Part shown: piece after piece, positions 1 through 9,900 of the stretch | Numbering within the stretch: position 1 is the stretch's first letter | Layout of the letters: each line of letters opens with the position of its first letter | Source: Ginkgo biloba | Lineage: Eukaryota > Plantae > Ginkgophyta | Length of the DNA: 24,717 bases | Reading direction: 5' to 3' | NCBI GenBank assembly: GCA_024626585.2 | Contig: JANKJI020000004.1 | Location: 103,421,589-103,446,305, forward strand | Translations under genes and position numbers: made by a program | The notes under the pieces: model-generated | What the model was told of the DNA's origin: nothing | Databases searched by the model: none | What the model saw: only the letters and a program-made list of their open reading frames with translations

Positions 1-165
1 CCAATGACACCTAATTCGCCTTTCCGCCGTGAGGTCGGTTGACTGACTTCCACCGACGGCGTCGGCCACCTGGCACTGTGGGCGGCGGATGCTCCTACAT
101 CACATTGTCATTGTCAATTGGATCCAAGTTCGAGATTTCACCATCATTGGTTTAAAGGTGGGTGG

Positions 166-592
166 TGTTATAGTTGTTCGCTCCCATAGAGGTGTCTTCT
201 TCTGTTGTATATACACACTAATTATGTCCTTTATATCTGTTGAATCTGCCCAGAGCACGTGTTGCACACACTAGACTCATCATTTTCATATGCTTGATCC
301 ATATAATGCTGTTGGTTAGATGTGCTGGATATGGAATGTACATATGCTAGATTTTATATACTGCCTATTGGAGAGATGTTATACATGTTGGATTCACAGT
401 GTATATACATTGGTCTCCATATAATGACTGTTGGACAGGTATTATACATGTTGGATACACACCATATCTATGTTGGAATTGCTGCTAGACTCTGCTGGAC
501 ATGGGTTCTTCAGAGCGAAATCACTGCCAGATTTTTCTGGACATTAGCATTAAAACCCTACTAACACACTTGAATGCTTGATTGCTGTAACA
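166..592 (+). mobile_element. Putative 3' LTR of an LTR retrotransposon extending left of the window
   Basis: A purine-rich tract aaaggtgggtgg (154-165) lies immediately before TGTTATAG. The segment ends CTGTAACA (8-bp terminal inverted repeat, 1 mismatch). Internal degenerate ~60-bp repeats at about 290-480. Confidence 0.55.
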
Positions 593-1739
593 ATTACTAG
601 TAGAAACCGAATAATAGAACTGATAGATGTTAAAACCCAGCACACTTTTGCAAATTTAATGTTAAAATGCATGCCAAAGCCAATCATGAAAGGTGTGCAT
701 AAGCCCAAGTTAAATGAAGAAGCCAGATTACTAATTTTGCTCGTGATGATGAGACCTAATGTTGAGATTCTCAAGAGAGAAAAGCAACAAAGGATTTTCA
801 TCCTAGGGAGTGACCATACGAGTGACAGCATCAATATTCTAACCCATAGAAGACGTCTTGGAGGAAGGGCTACTTCAAGGGTGGAGTCAAGTCTTCTTCT
901 GGAGGTTTAGACCAGGTCTTTTTCTTCAAATATAGAGTCATATCAAGGACTTAGGGCATCTTTGTTTGCATTAAATATTCCAGCTAGGATAAAATCAATA
1001 TTGAGATTCTTTTGGGTCGATTTGGCTTGATTTCGGTTTCTACTAAGGGTGCCTCAGCTTGAAGAAGAATTCTATACTGTAGACCACATTACTTGCATCC
1101 AAAAAGTGATGTATTGCTAAGAAATCCTTCTATTTTGAGAACATTGCAGTTGCTTATTGAGGCAAGGCAAATTCTTGTAGAGATTTTGGCTAGACAGAGA
1201 CATCATTTAGGACACTAGGATTCTGACAGAAGGTGATGAAGGGTTTTTTGCAGTATTCAGTGCTAAGCCAGAGGGGCATTGCACCTAGTTTCAGCATTTA
1301 AAGGAAAGCACTCCACACAGAGGGCTCCTAGCAAGACATTTTTACCCTCAAACAGGTGGGATCATCAGTCGTTCATATTGAGCCAGTAAGTTTCCATAAA
1401 TTATAAGTACATTCTGAAACCCTACTTTGCTGCATAGTTTTTTAATTCTGATTTTTCAGTTCCGTATGCCAATATGAGGGTCAAAAACCCTAAGAATGTA
1501 GAAAGGATTTCTTTACACTAGGGGCGCTTTCTGAAGTAGAGAAGATTTATGATATTCGTGGCTGAAAATGAATTCTATGGATAATTAGGGTTTAATATTC
1601 ATTATTTTACCTTATTAATTTGACGCTCATTTATTGCATGAAACTCTAAAGCCCAGTCTAGGGGGTGACTTATCCTGAATTTCGTAGGGCAAATGTAACT
1701 TGCCAGTAACTAGGAAGTTTAGATGGGGGATATCTAACA
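593..1739. mobile_element. Probable long-LTR remnant
   Basis: Non-coding and ends in ...tatctaaCA at 1739. Segment ~1482-1670 aligns by eye with 15845-16022, so it is a dispersed repeat. Confidence 0.45.
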
Positions 1740-2079
1740 AGGACTGAAAGCAACAATAATTGACACTGAAAAAAGGTCCTTTAGTCTGGTATCAAACTGT
1801 GATCAAATCTGCAAAACAGATTGCAAGTTGCTTTATGCTGACATTTGGGTGCCACCATATACGAAATGGGCACAGAAATTTGTTGACAAAGATCGTGAAA
1901 GAAGGATGGCACAAGTTTACAGGAACTGACTGAGCCCAGGGTACAGAAACTACAAGAAAATGTTTGCTCAATCGAAGCAAAATCATACATGGGGTAACGA
2001 AACTACAAGAAAGTATTTGCCTGCTCCTGCAATCCCTAGTGGCACATTCGTCCAGTTATCCTGAACAAATGTAAAATGC

Positions 2080-3445
2080 TTCCAAAGTCTTAAAGTCGAG
2101 ACTTCAGCTGATACAACCGTGATCTCATGCCACTCAGTGCCTTACTGAAACATACAGGCGAGACTGCACCTGCACAAGTTCTGTCTCTGCCCTGGTAGAA
2201 CATACAGGGTTCTTACACCATGCTGGAGCCTTGAACACGATATAATACCAATCAGAACCACAGAGGAAGGCTTCAACCATTCCATGTAAGTTGCAGGTTA
2301 TTGCATCAAATCCTAATACTCTTTGGGCACTTAGACTCCACGGTTACGTAGCCCAACTGGATTATTGTACCAAAATATATCAGCAGTGGATCCAGCTCAG
2401 AGGACAACTCCTGGAGGTCATACACCCTATAGATTTTCCTCGTTCAGATTTGATAAGAGTTGTTCTTTAAAACTTGATATCTGGCATGCCTAATTTTGGA
2501 TTTCATATTAATCATAACTTTGTATAACTTGTGAAATCCCCAACTTTTCAGTGTTCTTGTATCAAAGAATTTCAAAATAGTAGTATCTAAATCCATCTAG
2601 AGTGTGACTTAGAACCCACTTAAAATTGAAAGTCTGCTCAGAACAATAGTCCCAAGTTCCAGAATGGGAAAAGATGACATTCAGAATGACTGAATAGAGG
2701 TGTAGGAAGACTTAAGCAAACANNNNNNNNNNNNNNNNNNNNNNNNNNNNNNNNNNNNNNNNNNNNNNNNNNNNNNNNNNNNNNNNNNNNNNNNNNNNNN
2801 NNNNNNNNNNNNNNNNNNNNNNTTCAAAAATCTTAAAGTTGAGACTTCAGTTGATACAACCATGATTTCATGCCACTCAGTGACTTACTGAAACATACAG
2901 GGGAGACTGCACCTGCACAAGTTTCATCTTTGTTCTCGCAGCACATATAGGGTTCTTAAACCATACGAGAGCCTTGAACTCAATATAATACCAATCAGAA
3001 CCATAGAGGAAGGCTTCAAATACCCATGCATGTTGTAAGTTATATCCTGTATCCAATCCGCATACCATCTGGACATTGAGACTCCCTAGTTACATAGCCC
3101 AACTGTATCAGGGTACCAAAATGTATCAGGAGTTATCCAGCTCACAAGACAACTCCTGGAGTTCATACACCCTATAATTTTTATCTCATTCAGATTTCAT
3201 AAGAGTTGTTTTCTAAATCTTGATATCCAGCATGCCTAATCTTGGATTTCATATTAGTCGTGACTTTGTATAATTGTGAAAACCCTAACTTTTCAATGTC
3301 CTTGTATCAAGGAATTTCAAAACGGCAGTATCTATGTCCATGTAGAGTGTGACTTCGAACCCACTTAAAATTGAAACTCTGCTCAGAACAATACTCCCAA
3401 GTTCCAAAATGGGAAAAGATGACATGGAGAATGACTGCATAGAGG
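2080..3445. repeat. Diverged direct duplication of ~620 bp (2080-2700 and 2823-3445) flanking a gap
   Basis: The copies are colinear throughout (e.g. tcttaaagtYgagacttcagYtgatacaacc ... gaatgactgMatagagg) with many substitutions and small indels. Confidence 0.95.
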
Positions 3446-3845
3446 AAACAACAGAAACATATATGTGGAAAAGTTCAGCTGCTACTGATATGAAGGATAA
3501 GGCACAAGATCTAAACCTAGCTACTGCACAGTAACAGTATTAAAGCCAAGGTTTTATTGAGTAGGAGCTTTTAAGGAAGGGATTGCCAACTAGCAAAATT
3601 TGAGGAGATACCACAGGGGCAAGATAACTAAATACAAGGTCCATAATCAAGCCAAATCAACAATTTTCATGCCACTATATATTGTTTGGTGAAAAACATA
3701 ACAGATCCCAAACTAATAGGAAAGGGTAGCAATAAACAGCATATAGGAACCATCAAAATCCTTCATGTTTCAGCACTCAATTATAGAAACTGTAATTCTC
3801 CTCTCCTTAGTCTAAAATCAATAAACATAATGTAAAAAGACTTAC

Positions 3846-3977
3846 CATATTCATAAACTCTCTTTGTTCTGCACGTTCCTTTTCGAACTGTCTCTTTAAG
3901 TTCTCAATCTCTTCTTTGTTCTGTGCATTTGAGGATGCAATAGGGTCTTTTAGACTACGCAAGGATTCTGCTCTTGC
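3846..3977 (-). CDS. IAN: AIG1/IAN GTPase exon C (132 nt, 44 aa, coiled-coil region)
   Basis: Translates ARAESLRSLKDPIASSNAQNKEEIENLKRQFEKERAEQREFMNM. Acceptor ccacAG at 3979-3978, donor ATG|GTAAGT at 3845. The intron to exon B is 84 nt. Confidence 0.88.
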
Positions 3978-6900
3978 CTGTGGTAAACAAAGAGTCAGCA
4001 AAGAGAGCTTTACATTTTCATTTCTATTAAATCATTTACATAATCAAATGGATGTGCATACCTGAGCTTCACGGAACAGTTGATTTGAATAAGGCTGACC
4101 TCCATTCTCTACCATTACATTGTCTATTTGCTTCAGCAATTCAGCAGCTTGTTTTCCCTTGTGTGTTTCTGATCTAGTTTTGTTATTGAAAAGAACAGTT
4201 CTATGATTGCATTCGCGTAGAAGCTTCTGCGATTGGCTTCAAGGTATTAACAAAGATTTTGCAAAGACAAATAGATCCACAAGACTACTAACTTTAATAC
4301 ATCAACATATCTATAAAGATGCACAAGACTTCAAACTTTAATAAACACTCCATAAGTACTTTCGGTTAGATTGCCACAACTATACAATTCTCTTAGCAAC
4401 ATTATTTGCTGTTGGCAACAATATTGGGATCTGTCAGTACAAAATCCCCAAAGCAAAAAATATCTCATCATATGAAAGAATAGCCTGCAAGTAAAACCGG
4501 CCAAAGAAAGCTCGTGCAATGTAGAGCAAACCAAGATTCTAGACTGTCAGAACATCCTTTGTTGTCTTCCCTTCACTTTGTGAATCATGGACATTTCCAG
4601 AATTGTAATGTCTCTGACAGCTAGAAATTACAACCTTCCTTCCATAACATTCTAGAATTTAATGCCTTTTGATAGCACTGTTTGCATTTGCAATGCTGAA
4701 TAAATGAATAGAAAACATCTTGGGATGCAACCTTATTGCTTTGCTCATGATAGCCTAATATTTCATAAATCAAAAATGAAATGTGATATGGATTAAAATG
4801 GCAGAATAGCAATCAGGGAAGGGTTGAAATGACAGCGAATTGGGAACATTTATTTATAACACATTCTCACAATGTGAGACAATCCTACAGAGTCCACTAT
4901 GAATCAAGAAGTAAATATCTATGATAGCAAGCTTATTTCCTCTTAGCTTACCCCCAAGAATGTAATTTCCTTATTCTATGGTAGAAAGTTCTTGAATATA
5001 CCTAATCCCTGGTTTGATCCCATCCATTCATTTGACAATGTTTTGTACACCTAGAATTTTATCTCTTCCCAAGCATGATGAGTGGGATGCCATCAAAGTG
5101 TGCCAACATTGCCGATTCCACCCAATCATCATCTTGTTCAAATGAAAATTAGTATGGATTTGTAGGAAACAATTCTTAGTCTTGATGTTTATCTGTTGTC
5201 ACATCATGTCAATACATTCATTTATGTAATACCTCCTTTACCATCGTGCATTTGTCATTTGAATGTCATAATGAATCTACAATCTAAATGTCACGAGGTG
5301 CCATAGTGTATCTCTTGTCTACATCTAATAGTCATTTGACTTATTGGGGTAGGCTTTCTACCATTGACTTGTACCACTAAAAGTAATATGAAGCTTGTTT
5401 ACTACAGAAATGATCATAGTAAAAGTACCATCAAGGAGGCCAAAGTCCCAAGAGAGACAAGAGTAGCAGTCTATTGCTCTCACCAACAGAGCCGCATTCT
5501 AGCATCTTACGGAACAAATCAGTGCCGACCCAATGAAATAGAAATAACTCAAATAGATGCACACATTTCAAAGAGAAAATGAAGTAGTACATAAGGAATA
5601 GATATATTATTGATAAATTGGTTACATGATGGATAATACATTGCCACTAGGGCTTTACATTTATAACTTCCAAAGGGTGCCTTTTCATGTGGCTACCAAC
5701 AATTACTAAGTATTCATGACTAATATATTTATTGATTTTGCTAACTAAGACTTGTAATAGTTCTACAATTATCTCTTTCCATGAATTATATTTGCGACCA
5801 TCTTAGTCTTTCTTGTTGAGACGGAGCTCTAGTGCGCTTGGGTGAGACAATCGAACACATGGCTAAGATAATCGGCAACTAATGTTGATAACGATTGATG
5901 ATTATTGCTGGTTACAATCGATAACTGTTGTTGTTGGCTGCAACCGATAACTAAGTCTATTTCAATCAAAGACTAAATGTGAGATGATTGATATCTATTG
6001 GTTGCAACCAGATACTATTCTCAATGCAATCAACTTCTATAATGTGATCAAAACTTTGGAAAATAATTTTTTACATGATAATCCAAAACATAATTTGGTA
6101 AAGTTCTTCATAGACAAAATAATACAAGATATGCATGTGGAGAGAAGAGGTGGAGTACATGTTTTCCATTGTTCAATTTTGTTGACATTAATNNNNNNNN
6201 NNNNNNNNNNNNNNNNNNNNNNNNNNNNNNNNNNNNNNNNNNNNNNNNNNNNNNNNNNNNNNNNNNNNNNNNNNNNNNNNNNNNNNNNNNNNTCGTCGAA
6301 CGGCTGAGTTCGTTCGACGAACGATGAACTGTCGTTCGTCGAACGACTGGGCTCGTTCGACGAACGGTGAACTGTCGTTCGTCGAACGACCGGGTTCGCT
6401 CGACGAACAACAGTCAAAAATTCTGGCCGCGCGCACAATTATTCCAGATTGCGTTTCTGATCGTTTGGCAGACCAAAAGGAGCCTATAATTATCAATTTC
6501 TCACAATTCTCTTACGCCATTCTCTTTCATCATTAATTCTTGAATAAACTCAGTCCGATATAATCGGGCTGCGAATTAACACCGGAATTACTAAGTGCAA
6601 TTCAAGGGTTAACAGATCGAAAACTAACTACGAGACGACTGATCTCTGTTGGTTGCAACCAGACACTGTTTCTGATGTGATCGACTTTCGTATTGTGCTA
6701 GAAACTTTGGCAAATAGGACACAAATGTTGAACATCCTCGTTTAGTCAATAGTTTCAAAAATTTGCCTTCCCTGCCCCCTTTGAAAATTCACTTCCTTTT
6801 TTGCTTAGAGGGTTGCTCGAATTTGAGTACTCAAATGTTGTTTTTTTGTTGTATTTTTCTAAGTATCTCCAACCTTTTTTCAGTCATTAATATTTCTTCA

Positions 6901-9900
6901 CTATTTCTAGCAACTTCTTATGAGTTTTGTTAAGTTTTTTTTGCATATTTATTGCTATATTAGTTTCCTTTGTTACTCGCAACTTGGCATTGAAAAGTTT
7001 CGTCTGCTCCCTATAACATTTAAATATCCAGGCTCCCAATATAGGAATAATCCCTTCTAACCCTCGAGGAATTTCTTTCTCAAAACTGGTCATGCAACGC
7101 TAATAAGCGACATCCTCCGTCAACACATCTGCTAACCACACATTGTAGAAGTCTATAATAAATTTAATCTTTAGTTCAGCCATACAAGCCTATTCTCTAA
7201 CTTCTTCTTTCTTTTCAGTTACTCCTTGATTGGGTCCTTAATTTTCCTCACTAAATCTAGGACTAATATCTAAATGACATTAGTTGTGAAGGTTGGTATC
7301 GAAGCCTCATCATTATACAATACACAATCTTTCTTTTNNNNNNNNNNNNNNNNNNNNNNNNNNNNNNNNNNNNNNNNNNNNNNNNNNNNNNNNNNNNNNN
7401 NNNNNNNNNNNNNNNNNNNNNNNNNNNNNNNNNNNNNCATTCCAATCTAATTTGATATGTCCATCTGGTATAGCATCTTCCCGACTAGGTCTCTGAATTA
7501 CCTCCCATGAAGTAGAAGTTCGTTGGTTGTCTATTGGAACTTGCACACCTTGATCATGCATTCATTTCTTGGGTGTTGCAACTACTTCCGTTAATTGATT
7601 TTTCAGGATGGATGTAGTCAACACTTCTTCTGCCATTGGTGCCTTTCCCTTCTTTTTCCTTCTTTATTCTGCCAACACTTCATGTAGGACTAACTCCTAG
7701 CCAATGGTTGGTTCCTCATTTTGATCATGCGTTCATTTCTTGGGTGTTGCAACTACTTCTGTTGATTGATTTTTCGAGATGGATGTAGTCAACACTTCTT
7801 CTGCCATTAGTGCCTTTCCCTTCTTTTTCCTTCTTTATTCTACCAACACTTCATGTAGAACTAACTCCTAGCTAATGGTTGGTTCCTCATTTTGGTCAAG
7901 AACTTCCTCCATGACAACTTCTTCCACGTCCATTACTACTTTTTCTACATGACTATGCAACAACCATTGTAATGCTTTTTGTACCTCCTACACCTTCCCC
8001 AAAAATAGTGCAAACCATCCAACAACTCGCAAAAATTCAAGGGAATCATCTACAATGGGCAAGTCGATATCTGGACATTTGGCTAAAAGGAGACCAATGA
8101 AGACTGTGGGTAGAAAAAAATGATGTTATTCTAGGAACATCTTGGATGTTCTTCGACAATGTAAGAATTCAAAATCGAAGATAAGACACCAATTTTAATG
8201 CATACCTACTTTTGCTAGCTAGATTGCCTATTGTAGTTGTGTAGGCATGTGAGTATGCTTTTGATAGAAAAACAACTTCACTACCATGAATTTAGTGATC
8301 CACCTCAGATTGGGATCCTTTAGTCCTTCAATTTGGATGCCATATCTGGAGGCATCAAATATGTCTTTGTAGTACTCGTCGGCAATTTCTTAATGGTCTT
8401 ATCTAGGTTCTAGCAGGACTTCAAGACTGTCTCGGGGCAGACCTATTACATCATGAATTGCGACTTCGTAGATTGAAAGCAAATCAAGACATGTTGCCAC
8501 CATGCCATGTGCGAAAGTAAGGGTACCTGATTCATAGAACAATGGTAGCTATAAGAAATACTCCTTCAATCATGCCTGTTTGAGCGCCCTCCGGATAGGG
8601 TTGTCTGTAGGTGCATTTTCCCTAGTCTTGGATGGCTTCTATTGCATACAACCATTGGCAACCAAGTAGTGCAGGATAGGAAGCATTACCTTCCATTTAT
8701 ATGATAGTCAAGTCTCGTTTAACCATTATGCCTTGTACGGTTACTAGAATGTCAAGAAGTGTGACTAATGGCTGAATCATGGTTTGGTTGGCCAGTTGGA
8801 TCGAGTAATTAGACGGAACATATTCGGTCTCACCTAGTTGTATCCAAGTTGATTCAAATAATATGTTGACACTTGAGCCTCTACCCAAGCTAGTTTTTCT
8901 TATGAGGTGGTCGAAAAATTGGATGGGAACTTTGGGATCCTCATCGAGCCTAGTATTTAAGTTTACATTCTAGACTGCTTTAGGGGTCATTGGGAATAAG
9001 GAGCCCTTCTTCCACCAATCAATCACAATGGCCAGTGGTATATTGATGTTTAACTCAACACATAATTGTTGTAGGAGCTAAATTTTCTGATCCTGATTCT
9101 ATGTTGGTTATATTACTAGAGCAGTATTGGTGTCAATAGACTTGCTAGAAGAGTNNNNNNNNNNNNNNNNNNNNNNNNNNNNNNNNNNNNNNNNNNNNNN
9201 NNNNNNNNNNNNNNNNNNNNNNNNNNNNNNNNNNNNNNNNNNNNNNNNNNNNNNTCCTTTATGAACTGAAACTTTTATAACACTTCTTTATAATTTTAGC
9301 CAAAAATCATTACTTTCTCTTTGAAATTTTACTTGTGACAGGTTTTAATGGAATTTTACAGTCTCTCTCGTATTCAAAATTGTTTTTCTGAACAAAATTA
9401 CTCCATGTGACCTCCTTTTAAAGACTAAATTCTTAAAAAACACTGCTTTACCCTAAAGTGTAGCCCCTAATGGCTTATCATGCGACCCTAATCTTCATAT
9501 TAGGGCACCTTTTAATTTTCTTCTTTTATTCCTGAAGTCCAACTTAAGAATATTTTTGAATTTTTTTTTAAATTTTCAAACACCTGACCTGTGCGCCGCG
9601 ATTCCTATTAAATTTCAAAGTGCACATACTCTCAGAGTATTGGCATAAAGACGCCACTATGATAGATATCACGCCATCATAACAAGAGATTCACATAATA
9701 ATAATTATATTGATCTTATTATTATACATTACACATATGCCTCTATTTATATTGATATAGGTCATAACTACTTAACTACCCTTAACCAAAAGCNNNNNNN
9801 NNNGTGTGACCACGTTTAACATTAACGTAATGTAACTAATAAATGTGACTCCTAATAACATTAATATCCCTAACAATTCCGATCGGTTCAACAATTTCTT

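Noticed and set aside
1738-1929. 63-codon open frame on + strand (…DIWVPPYTKWAQKFVD…)
   Set aside because: No early start codon, no convincing splice sites and no recognisable family.
2230-2300. VEAFLCGSDWYYIVFK resembling LINE ORF1 DUF4283
   Set aside because: The similarity is too short, and the downstream GPW/GPY motif is absent in both copies.
2080-3445. Duplication as an assembly artefact around the gap
   Set aside because: The copies differ by many substitutions and indels, more than expected for a contig overlap; divergent haplotypes are not strictly excluded.
4900-5160. Possible LINE 3' remnant on the minus strand (GIRYIQEL...HSW)
   Set aside because: Too degenerate to support without a profile search.
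6293-6408. CRISPR-like palindromic repeats
   Set aside because: The intervening sequences are short and near-identical rather than unique spacers; there are no cas genes and the context is eukaryotic.
6180-6614. Single solo LTR spanning the gap (TGTTGAC...GTTAACA)
   Set aside because: The flanks aattt and gatcg do not form a TSD, so the two sides of the gap probably belong to different units.
7550-7891. 171-bp period equal to primate alpha satellite
   Set aside because: Only two units inside a retroelement ORF; the length is coincidental.
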